A DNA stretch of 64,000 bases from Gonapodya sp. JEL0774 (lineage: Eukaryota). The position numbers and the translations under genes are program-made. The stretch lies in assembly GCA_027604505.1 (NCBI GenBank), contig JADIIX010000056.1, positions 62,001-126,000 of the forward strand, given 5' to 3'. The notes below the pieces were generated by a model. It ran no database searches and was not told the DNA's origin. It saw nothing but the letters and a program-made list of their open reading frames with translations. The stretch's first letter is position 1. Each line of letters opens with the position of its first letter. Positions 22,739-34,332 of this stretch are shown one piece after another.

Positions 22739-25700
22739 ATGTCCGGTGGGAATTCCTCTACAAGTTGGGCAAAATTTCTCGTTTATGTTGATGTTCCCTT
22801 TTCTCAATTCGCCAGACCATTCTCCGCGACTAGAAAGCAATTGGGCGGAAGGACCCGAGGACGTAGCGGCGCTCTTCACCGCGCTCAACGCGAGACCCGA
22901 CTCGCCTCACTATGCCCTTGACATACTAGCTCGCATTGTAACTGCCATTAGAACTCATAGATGCGGACCTCTTGCTGGACTTTCCACGTGGGACCAATTA
23001 CGATCGTATGTGCTGGGTGCCGGTTGCTTTGACCCGAGTGATACCTCCTTGATCCTTTCCTAAAGTTTTGCTCTCTGTCGCACGTCCGGACTGATGCCCG
23101 TATGATAGTGTTAGATCACTCATGATTGATCCAGTTCGGGAAGTTCGAGCCGCAGCTTTCCGTGCTGCCCGCTATATGCTGGTGTCTGTCGATGCGTTGC
23201 AGAATTTATATGGTCTGCATATAGACATTTTGATGCTGAGGTGAGTGTAATCAACTCGAGCTTTGTTTTGCCCAGGAGTGTACCTCTGTCTTCCCATCTT
23301 GGGTTCCACATCACATCGTTCGGGTTCTTTCCAGAGCCCTCACTCGCGATACACGAAATGATCCCGAACGGGAGCAGGCTCTTAAGCTTGTTCGCGTTCT
23401 TGTCGACCGCTCACGTGAGTGGGGTTCCTTACCGCCTGCCTTCATCCGGCTCTTTGTGTCGGCCGCTGAGCAGCCAGATGAGAAACTCCGTGATATTTGT
23501 GTTGAAACGCTATGCGAGCTGGGTTAGTTCAAATTGCAGCTTTCTATCAATGGTACTGTCCCAAGGTGAACGGTTCCCCCTCCCGCAATATTGATAGCCA
23601 TCCAGGATACTGCCGCGCTTGCTCTCTCTGGAGGAATGAAAGCACTTTTTTGGGCACTCTCAGATTGCCCTCCCGATCTCTGCGAATGTGTGCTCATGGC
23701 CATTGTGGTGGTTCTGGACAGGGAGGAAACCAGGCGGTACGTGCGAGCAGGGTTTGACGTGGAGGTGAGATCGCATGAGCAAGTGTAGCATTTGAGAGCT
23801 AAGATCGTTATTGCAATGTGTGATTATACATTGAACACCCAGACAATCGTTTCTCCAATCACCAATTCACTCGGGTCCCCACCATCCGACGAGCAGCTAC
23901 AACAGGCGTCTCGCTCTCTTCAGTACCTTTTCAAAACATGGACAGGGCTTATTTACCTCTGCTATGATGACAAAAGAGTGGTGAAAGCTGTTGTGGAAGC
24001 CGTAAAGCTTCCCTCAGACGCTGTGAGAGTAAGTGTTGACGAAGTACTCACCCTCTATACACAAGAAAAGACTCATCCTATTAATCCAGACAGTAGTTCT
24101 AGACATGTTGTTCGAAATTTTTCTTTTGCCCAATCCTAGCGACCAGACAAACTTTGTGGAGTGCGCCACTCAGCAGTGTACGTTCCTCCCGAAACACGTT
24201 TGTGACGTGAAGTAACCAGCTGCCTTCATAAAGCGTCCAGTTCTACCCAGCACGAAGATTTGTTGATGGAGCATCTTTCATATCCACCTCTGAATGAAGA
24301 CGGCCCAAGGCTCCTTGACAACTACCTCGCAGTGGTTCTTGTGGTGTTCATTGAGTCCGGTCTATTTAATGTGAGCTGCCCTGCAAACAGATTCGAGTCA
24401 TAGTGAAAATATTCGTTCCCATAGGCGCTCATTGAGGTCATTCAAGGGCCAAATACAGAGCTGGGAAAGAAGGCGACAGGGCTTCTTGGGGAGATTCTGG
24501 ATCTTTGTGGCCGAGTTCTACCAAAGTCGTACGGACCAAACGTTTTCGTGAGATATTGTTTCAGTCGGTGGATGTTTCTGTTGCTCTTAATGAAATCGTT
24601 TTCAGACACTCCCTGAGCTCTTTGACGTGGCCTCTGACTTTCGTCAAGAAAGCCGTCGCCACACGGCAACTGCTGCGCTGGCACACATCGGAGATCGCCG
24701 CCGTAGCAAAGAAGACTCAAAAACATCTTTGATAGACGTATCCGTTATCGGCCATGCGAGCCAATTCGCTCGCAGTCGCCGCGTCCCAAAACGGTTAGCT
24801 CATTTCGAATACGTCAAAATCCGCGTAGGACTTCAAATCGATGAGGATCGTTTCCGAGTACTTTTGGGCAATACTGGTGTTCTTGCTTTGAAAGATTACA
24901 CCAAATGGAATTGGGACGCGATTATGGAGCTAGTTCAAGGACCTCTGTACCACGTCAAGAGGTTCGAGGAGGTCTTACGAAATACGAAGCTGATAAAACG
25001 ACTGTTGGCGTTTTACCGCCCCGCCAATCGACAGTTCTCGAGCATTCAGAAAGAGACGGTTAGTAGTCTACGCTGTGTTTTCTTAGGGTTGGCACTTATG
25101 TATTTCACTGTTAATCATGTGCCTGCGACGAATGTCGCGAAACAGGGTGCAGCGAAATACGTCAGAATCGGCTCGGAACTTCTCAGTGTCCTCGTTTCCA
25201 ATCCTGAAGGTTTCCGGTACCTTGTAGAAGACCCCCTCCTTGCACAGATCGCTCAATGCCTTATGCAACTGGATCCCGTGGGTGTTCGATCAGTTTCCAA
25301 GATGAAACGAGTTGGTCAAGCGATATCTCGACTTTGAACGAAAAGTTGTACAACGCCAGTATGCCTCCACAAGCCGAGCCTGTCTTCTCACGAGATAGGA
25401 TGGAAAAGACTTTAACGTCGTATTACTTCCATTTGCTGGGCACGTTGAGTCGAACAACCGAAGGGATTTCGTGAGTCTCTCTCCAAGATACCAGAAGTTC
25501 CAATGGGAGCTGGTTAAGATACGGTGCATCCCTAAATCATCCAGGATTCTGGAGAGGTTCAAGATTTTCGACCTTTTCTACCATATGACTGAGCTCAAAA
25601 GTCGCGATGACATCGCAAAGGCTATCGTATTGAATCTGGATTACCGCAAGTGAGGGGACTCAAACTATTTGGCCTTACCTCTGGAACAACAACAAATGCT

Positions 25701-27563
25701 GTCTCTGCGCGGTAGTGATGGACACCCACGAGTACTTCTATCCAAGGTTCTAACATCTGGATACAAGGTATCCAGCTTGCGTCCCCCAGTGTGACGAACT
25801 CATGTTCTAACGAACGAAACGCGCCTCAGCCGATGCGATATTTCGCCACAAAGCATTTGCGTTATGTAGCTCGCGGTCAGGCTAACGAATTCAAAGAATG
25901 GGGCATTCGATTGCTAATCACACAGGTAGCCGTTCTAGTGAACCGTGCATCCAATATCCTACACTCAGTCTCCGTATGCTGTAGTTGTATGACCCCTCCC
26001 TCGCTGTCTGTGAGATGGCGGCCAAAGTCCTGGAAGAAGTGTGCAGTAATCGCGATAACTTGGAGGCTATGATCCAATTGCGACCCACGGTGGACCATAT
26101 GGGTAACATCGGAGAGCCTTTGCTACTAAAGTAAGCTCGTTTGTTTTGAGCAGGAGTCAGCGGGGGTCGTCTCGGATGTAATGAGAACTCTTGCAGGTGC
26201 CTTTCAAGTACGATGGGCTTCACGTATCTTTCCGAGCTCAATTATATCGAGACGCAAATGGAACGATGGTTTGAGGTGCTCAGAAATGCAAAGTATCATT
26301 CAAAGCAGTTTCTGACAAACCAATATCACAAGTTAGAGAGGGAACTTGCACTACCTGATGCAGCTAGAGCTGTCCCTGGCGTCAGCTGTGATGGGATACA
26401 GTAATTCCAATGAGGACTCAGCGGCCGAGCTTGTGGACAATGAGAGGTAAGCAGAGGAATCGTTTGGGTCAACTTGACCACCGCGAATGGTCGTTGCAAT
26501 CAATCGCAGGGACTCCGATCACAATGTTCCGCCACATTTCTATGGTGAACTGACGAAAACTGCGGAAGGGTGTGATTTACTGAGGAAAAAGGAACATTTC
26601 ATAAGGTTTGTGGAGTACGTTCGCCGGCTACCAGCTGACGCGGACTTGGAACCAGAGAATATCTCGAAACTCAAGGCTGTGTTATGGGCAGTGGTGAGAG
26701 AACATTCGCTGTATCGGGAGCTGTGAAAGTGTGAGCTCAAGGAGGCCCCCGATGATTGTTGCAGGGACACGTCGGCACAAGTGAAATGGGTCACACTTTC
26801 CTTTCTGAAGCCAACATCATCGTTGACATTGTTGCTCTCGCGGAATCTTCTCCTGTTCTTAGTGTACGTGGGTGAGTTGTTATCTCGTTTTCGACGCCAA
26901 TAAGCAGCCATGCTGAATTTTGTATCATTGCAGAACTTCCTTTTGTGTACTTGGTTTGATCTCCATGACTGGTCGAGGAGCCGAAGTTTTGGACAGTCTC
27001 GGCTGGCACGTTGTTCTCAATCATAAAAGGTCATACACCGGGCTCTGCGTTCCGAGAGATTTTTCTAAAATTTTAAAGGTAATTGAGTTCCAAGATTTGC
27101 TGACCAGGACTTTGGATGCGCAATGTTGAAGCTTTCAACGTGTACCTTCAGGTTCGCCCTTGCGAGTATCGTGCATCAGTCGCCGACGGGCCAGTTGTTG
27201 CGCAGACTTGGGAGCGACATGAGCCGTTGACGCAAGAGGTCCTCAGGTGTGTCGGCGACATGCCTAACAACATTTTGGCTACAGGAGCCTCGAAGACGAT
27301 TGCACGGTGAGACCAAGGAGGTGTTTGTGCTTTTCGGGAACGCATCGGTGACACAAACTACATTCTGAAGCATTCGGCATGACCACCCAGATATTTTCGC
27401 ACGCTCTGATGTTTACCTAGATGTGCAAAACCTTTTATCAACCTACAGTTACCGGATGACGGCACGGCGCTACTTGGCCGAGTTGTTTGGAAACTTTGAG
27501 TTTAATGAGCAACGTTTCGCGGAAATGGATTCAGTAGTATCGAACTCAGCTGTGATTGTGTGA
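22739..27563 (+). CDS. RICTOR: TORC2 subunit Rictor/Avo3/Ste20, many exons
   Basis: REVRAAAFRAARY, EREQALKLVR, ICVETLCEL, LSGGMKAL, KDYTKWNWDAIMELVQGPL, LIKRLLAFYRP, LDYR.DGHPRVLLSKVLTSG, PPHFYGELTKTAEGCDLL, LKAVLWAVGHVGTSEMG, SVRGTSFCVLGLIS. The start is inferred as ATG TCC G|GT at 22739. Confidence 0.92.
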
Positions 27564-27668
27564 ATGTGATAAGTTGATTGGTCTGTGGGGCCCAACACAT
27601 CATGCCGAGCGCCCCAAAATAAAAATAACACATGTTCTATGTTCTATCCGGAACTCGTCAAAGCCACC

Positions 27669-30134
27669 ATGTCTATGAAATCAGCCGCATTTCCCCCTTT
27701 GGACCGCATCATGGTCGATCGCCTTAGCGTCCGTTCGATCATCGGACTCGATTCATGGGAGCGTCGCCGACCTCAACCGGTGACTATCTCGGTTGCGATC
27801 CACACGAACATCCGCGATGCAGGGAACATGGACTCACTTGCTCGTTCTATCTCGTACGCACATGTTGCTAAAGCTGTGACGGAACTATCTGAGACGTCGC
27901 AGTACGCAACAGTCGAAGAACTTGCAGCACGCATTGCCGAACTATGCATTGCCGACTATCAGGCGCCGAAAATCAGCGTGAAGGTCGAGAAACCGAAAGC
28001 ACTTCTTCATGCTAGCAAAGTTTCCATGCAAATAACTCGGACGCGTGCGTCTCTCCAATTTCTTGAGCGATTCCGAGTATCCGATTCTGGAACGAACGCG
28101 CAAGCTGCTTTCCCAATAACACCAACGCCTGTATGGACCTCTAATTCAACAGAAGAGATTCCAGAAGAATTATATGACGACGTTTTTACAATCGAGAATC
28201 TCCAGATCGATGCTGTTGTCGGCGTAAATCCTTGGGAACGATTGGAGAAGCAGAAAGTTTCCATTACAATCCACATTCACGGTGGACATCCCGAAACCGA
28301 ATCCACATCGCATTCCACCGTACCTGTAACGTCCGGCTACCGCACCATAGCCAATGCTGTCACAAAGTTCGTTGTGGAGTCCAACTTCTTAACACTCGAG
28401 GGTCTCGCAACCTCGATTGCAAGTGTCTGCTTTAGTGTCAGCTCCGCATCAAAAATTACAGTGAGAGTGGATAAGCCAAGTGCTATTCTTTTTGCGAACG
28501 CAGCGGCTGTGGAGATTACTCGGTACCGTCCCACCCCTGTGCACGATACCGCGGAGCACAACAATCGGGCGGGTGAGACTGTGTGAGTCTCGCGTCCTTG
28601 CTTCGCATTTTTTTTGTGAACTCATGAATCTTTCTCATCAGGTTGGACCATATCTCCTATCTTGGCATCGGCACGAACATTGGCAATCGCTCTTGTAACA
28701 TTCACCGCGCGCTTCATCATCTTAATCAGAAATGTCGTGTCCTCGATACCTCGTTTCTTTATGAGACCTCACCGATGTACGAAGCTGACCAACCCAATTT
28801 TCTCAACTGTGCAGTAAAGGTATGTTTTGAGTCACACTGGCCATCCGTATTGAATCGCCACGGACTCTCTTTCACGCCAACCTCGTAGATTTCCACGACC
28901 CTTTCCCCACTAGCTCTTCTCGCATACCTCAAGACTATTGAGAGGGAGCTCGGCCGTGAAGCCACAAAAAGAAATGGCCCTCGTGTGATTGATTTGGATA
29001 TCCTGCTATTCGACCATTCACATATTCAAGAGATTGACTTAGTGGTACCGCATGAAGCAATGGCGGAGAGGGACTTTGTTTTGAGACCTTTGTGCGAGTG
29101 GGTTGAAGGGTTGAGGTTCGCTCTCCCGGGTATTTCTCCACTGACCCACCTGCAGCATTGCGCCATCGCTTGTTCACCCGACTCTTAAGCGCACAATTCG
29201 TGATCTCCTCTCATCCCTTTACTCTCATCCCTCTTCTGAAGGTGGGAGTGTCATGCGTCGTGTCACACCAGTTCGTGATTCCTTATGGTCTTGGGGAGCC
29301 CAATCTCCAACCCGGATCATGGGTATAATCAACGTCACGCCAGATAGTTTCTCTGACGGTGGGGACAGGCTCGTCCCTGAAATCGCTGGCAAGGCTGCAT
29401 GGCGCATGGCTGAAGATGGCGCGGACATCATTGATGTTGGGGGCGTGTCGACCAGACCAAACGCGGACGAACCATCTGAAGAAGAAGAGCTCGCCCGCGT
29501 TGTGCCAGCAGTACGGGCCATCAGAGCCGCAGGCGTGGTCCTCCCGATATCTGTGGACACATTCAGGGCCCGTGTAGCACGCGAGGCCCTGGCCGCGGGA
29601 GCCGACTTAATAAATGACGTGTCAAGTGGAGAATGGGATCCTGAAATTGCCACTGTTCTCGCCCAAATGAGTGCACCGATTTGTTTAATGCACACGAGGG
29701 GGAATCCCCGTACTATGACGTCACTCACCCAGTATGGCGACGACTTGGTCGGAGATATCCGCCGTGAGCTCTCGAAACGCGTGGCTGTGATGGTGGCATC
29801 CGGTGTTCCAAGGTGGAACGTGGTGGTAGATCCAGGAATCGGGTTTGCCAAGACTGGGGACCACAATCTGGAGATTCTTCGCCGTTTGCCGGACCTGACA
29901 GCTCCTGGTTCTGAACTAGAGGGCTTTCCCGTTTTAGTTGGCGCATCCCGGAAGGGTTTCATTGGCAAACTTACCGAACAAAAAGACCCGAAGTTGAGAG
30001 GTTGGGGCACTGCAGCAACAAGTGTTGCAGCAGTAGCGGGCGGTGCTGGTGTGATTCGAGTGCATGATGTGAAGGAGAGTAGAGATGTCCTCCGGGTTGC
30101 GGATGCAATATGGAAAACCGCACGTACCTCGTAG
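27669..30134 (+). CDS. FOL1: Trifunctional folate synthesis protein: DHNA-DHNA-HPPK-DHPS
   Basis: Two FolB-like repeats (IIGLDSWERRRPQPV...KPKA; VVGVNPWERLEKQKV...KPSA), HPPK (YLGIGTNIG, TSFLYETSPMY..DQPNFLN, GPRVIDLDILLF, PHEAM.ERDFVLRPL) and DHPS (IMGIINVTPDSFSDGG, IIDVGGVSTRP, DPGIGFAK, GASRKGF, RVHDV). The ATG at 27669 has a GCCACC context. Confidence 0.97.
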
Positions 30135-30361
30135 AGACTTCGAACAGAGAAGTTCACATGTGAAACACATTCACACACGGTTTTAGGTTCAACCTCTCGT
30201 AGTACCCATAGTATAGCGTCGAAATTTCTGTCGATGACTAGTACATTTCTAAAACTATCAACCAATCAAGATTGTCCCGAACCTCATCGAAAGAGTTGCT
30301 CTAGTCTTGTTGGCGCGCCTGGTCCGGTACTCACCAAATTCCCGCACAGCAACAAGCTTGG

Positions 30362-33258
30362 TTACACCGTGCAGTACTCAAGAGTCCATATCCTCCTTAC
30401 CCACACCTTGACAGCCTGCTCTCTTCTATTCCACCACAGTGCCGGATCTCTTCCTTTCGTATGGTGCTCCACCCCCCTGGCTGCTGGGACCTCACCACTC
30501 TCGTCAAGCTGTTGCGTTATATGAACAGAATCTCCACTGGGAGTGATCCCGCCTCCTACGACACTCTTACCCTTGCCCACTGTGGTATCCAACACAGCAG
30601 AGCTCTCCCTTGCCAAGGCAGGTGCTCCACTTGCAGAACTCTCATTCTCCTCCACCAATATATCCAAATCCAGGGGAGGCATCCCATCTGCATCGTCACG
30701 GACCTGACCCTCTCCATCGCCCACTCCCCCAGTCGTGGCCATACCTCCCACTCCACCCTTTTCGGCATCGCCAGCTGGTTCCACTTGCCCATGATTGCCT
30801 TCACCTATTGCAACGAAAGCCGCCCTCCGTTCTACTTCGTCCAGTAACCCTTCCGGCAAAGTACATCGCACCTCCCTTGCTTCCCACCAGCACTTTCTCT
30901 GCGGTCTCCGCGCAGCACCCGCCCCGCCACCTCCAACATCTCCGCTTATGCCACCACCCTGGGAAACCTGGGTTATCACACTTGGTACATTAACTTCAGC
31001 GGCAGATACAGTCGCACCACTTGCTGGGGCCGACGGGGCTGTGTCCTTGCCCTCCGCACCTCCAACACCGATTCCGCCGCCATCTTGTCGAGGAGTTTTG
31101 ACCCGTAGCATAGTTAAGCTCACCATCCTGCACTTTCCCATCTCCAGCTCTCGGTAGCCCCACTCAGCCATTCCGTCTAGCTCGGTTGCAATCGCTAAGG
31201 TATCCAGGATAGGCTTGTGCTGGGGTACGGTCTGAGTGCCGTCAGCTGCGACAGGGGGTGGAGGAGGCGCATCCGGATGTGGATCGATGACAGAGATGCC
31301 AGCTCGTCCCAAAAATTCCTTCTCGCGGCCTTCGAGTACCTTCTTGCGTGCGAGGAGCCATCGACCGACGCCACGCTTGATGAGAGCAAGCAAAAGGAGC
31401 CGCCGAGGTGGTAGATGTGCGAGTGGATCATCTATGTTGACAGTATCTTCGCCCCCTGCTCCGACTGCGTCGTTCCCACTGTACTCTCCTTCGTCTCTGA
31501 CTTCATTCTTATCCATTGCCCATGCTGGGATAACAAAATAGTCCAGTTCCTCCCTCAAAACAATGACCATCTGAGGACCCAGCGGAGCCTTAAGTCCCAC
31601 GCCAACGCCACCAGAGACCACCCCCTCAAGAAGACGGGTAACCTCTCCACCGCTGGGCAGCATAATTCCACCCCCATGAGAATCTATGATGCCGGGGATG
31701 CGGGGTTGGTACAGGGAGTGGAGTACGACCTGGAAGAACTCAAGGATGAATCCAAATAGACGGGGATCGAAAGAGATTGGTAAGTGCGGCGTGCTGGGGT
31801 CAGATGTGGAGGGATCATCAAGAGGATCTGTGAAGATGGGGGCAGTGGCCAAGGGGAGATCGGAAGGAGGAGTTGGTGAGAAAGGGTGCTGGGGTGGAAG
31901 CGGTCCAGTGGAAGCAGTCTCGTCAACGACGAGAGGCCTGTGTTCAGCCATGGTCGATCTGAAAGGAGGTGCGGGCGACGAGGTAGTGGAGCCAGCATCG
32001 GCAGAGGCGGCAGAGGAGGGATCCACCTCCTCAACTGATGAGGAATCATCATCGGCATCGGCGTCGTCTGGGAGGATCGGGGCTTCTGCAATGTAAGAGT
32101 TTTGAAACGGTTGGAGATCGAAAAATGTGAGCGCAATCGTTTAATTCGGCGCTTACTATCCTCACGGAATCTCATTGCAATGTCTAAGTATATGTTAATG
32201 CTTACCTTCGGACCCAGCCACACCTTCTGCATCACCACCCGCCTTGTCATCTGCATTGTTGCGCGGGAAGCCTGAAGGATTGCGACGAACCTTTATTTTA
32301 TGCTTTTTGTGTCTTGACAGGTCCACAGGAGCATCGGCAATGGTAACACGTTTCTCAGATGGGGAATCCGCGGGTATTTCCTCCTCAGGCACAGACGGTG
32401 GTAAGTCAGCCTTCTGTTCCGCTTTTGCAGCTGCCATATCAGCCTCGGCGTCGTAAAACTTTTGCCACCTGAGAGCGGTGTTGCGGGTCATGGGTGGCAC
32501 GTAGGAAGGTTTACGGACGAGGCCACCAGGGTTGGCCGAAGTGGAAAAAGATGCAGAAGAGGAGGACATATCCGTGGACGGATCCGAAGAAGTAGGGCTG
32601 AAGGGGGACGCATGGCTGGTGGACGAACTTCTGTTATGGAGAAACGAAAGCGTCAAACACTCAGGTTAATGTCTTTCTCGTGTTTTCCTGCACCCTTATC
32701 CTGCACCCTTAATGGAAATATTGGGGCAATCTGATTGTAGAGCATAATATTCACCGAATTCCGACCACCTGCCTCGGAGTGAGATTTCACCACCAGTGCC
32801 ACCCCAGATGCGATACAAAATGTGCTCCGTTCCACACTTTAACGGCCACGACGAATAGCCGAAATCCAAAGAATGAGTACAGCTTCGTTCCGACTCAATA
32901 CTCCTCAAAACATCTTGAATGGTGCTCCTTCGCTTACTAGCTCAAACACTTACCCATTGACCAATATTCCTCCCGACTGAGATTGGACCAGGGCTGCCAT
33001 TCCAGCGTCTCGTCCCGCACCTTGCAAGAGCGCTAAAATTGGGAACTGACCAGACTGCCCAAACATTGTAAGAAGGATGGACTCTGGAAAGAGTCGCAGG
33101 ATTGCGAGGTCGACCTTGAATCTGACACCCCGAAGGTCGAGATGAATTGCATTTTGAGGATTGAGGTAGAAGACGGTTGGGTATGGGAAGGGCGTGGCGG
33201 AGTACACAGGGGAAGGAGGAGGTTGTGGGGCGGAGGGTGGATCTGCGGCGACCGCCAT
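30362..33258 (-). CDS. WHI2: Whi2-like BTB/POZ growth-regulation protein
   Basis: N-terminal IHLDLRGVRFKVD...FPESILLTMF and DPRLFGFILEFF (split BTB), IVLREELDYFVIP, RRPQRKCWWE, C-terminal VKVWVRRIWTLE. Confidence 0.82.
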
Positions 33259-34332
33259 TTTCTTCGAAGTGGATCCTTGATAGAAGCAGCTCGCCTCAGG
33301 CTAGAAAACAATAATTCGGGTGAAGAGGGGACGTGCCAGGCTTGGGATTGACGAGAAGTTAGCTGGTACGATCGAAAACTGATGAGGCGAGAAAGGGAGA
33401 AAGTACGTCCGTATTCTCTGTCCCTCACAGCTACCAACAAAAACGTAGGTCCACCCGGCACATTCTCTGTATTGCTGTAGTGTCGGCCTCTCTGTCAACA
33501 CTCCAAAGTGTCACGAAACCTTGCAGTAACCTCTTTGACCCGCTCGTCATTCCACCAGCTTATTATCCTTCGGTTTGAACTTCAACCTTAGCTTATACCC
33601 TTGATTTCTCCGATTTCTCTGATTTCTCGCCATACTTGTTTACTCTTGTCCTGTTTCACATTCACAATTGCCCGCCACCTTCCTCAGACTTACTTTGATC
33701 GCGATTGCTCCAGCAACAAAATCACGTTCTCCAGTCTTCGAAGGAAATGGTCCGCGCGCTTTCTGTAATCCGAAACTTTCTTCGTCCGTGGGGCTCGTGT
33801 CGTGTGTGGCGGAAATTCTCCCCTTGCAAATGTCTCACAGAAACGCCGCCACATTCAGATGTTAAAACCAACATTACAACACAAGTATTTGGGCAATTAA
33901 CGCACAGAATCTCTTTGGACTGATGGTTCGCGCCAGAACAAAGAGGCTCCCTCACTCGGGAAAATCAATTACACTCTATTTACAGATTGCTAGTCCACTA
34001 TATACATCACAAACTAATCAACTCAAACTAAATTGTGCTTTTGGGGAGACATAGCAGCAAAAGGAGAATAACCGATCCAGCAGTGTTCAATCTTAACATC
34101 ACAGCGACCGCATTGGATATGAACATGGATATGCCAAAATCAAGTTGTGCGCGCCAATCAGGGCATCAGTCCACAAATGTTCCGAGCCGGTCCTGCCGGC
34201 GACCAGTGATCACACTATGATACAAAAACACCAAGAGTGTCCGCAAATGCATCCAAAGAGTCCGCACGCAGTCAGGTGCCTGTCCCAAAAATACGTATGG
34301 TAGACCTTAGCTGCCACGAGACACAACCACCC

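Noticed and set aside
29225..30265. 346-aa minus-strand ORF
   Set aside because: Antisense shadow of the FOL1 DHPS exon, with no independent motifs.
34030..34220. Minus-strand frame with in-frame TGA next to Cys (FVD*CPDW)
   Set aside because: No start, no selenoprotein homology and no SECIS. It is probably the kinase 3' UTR.
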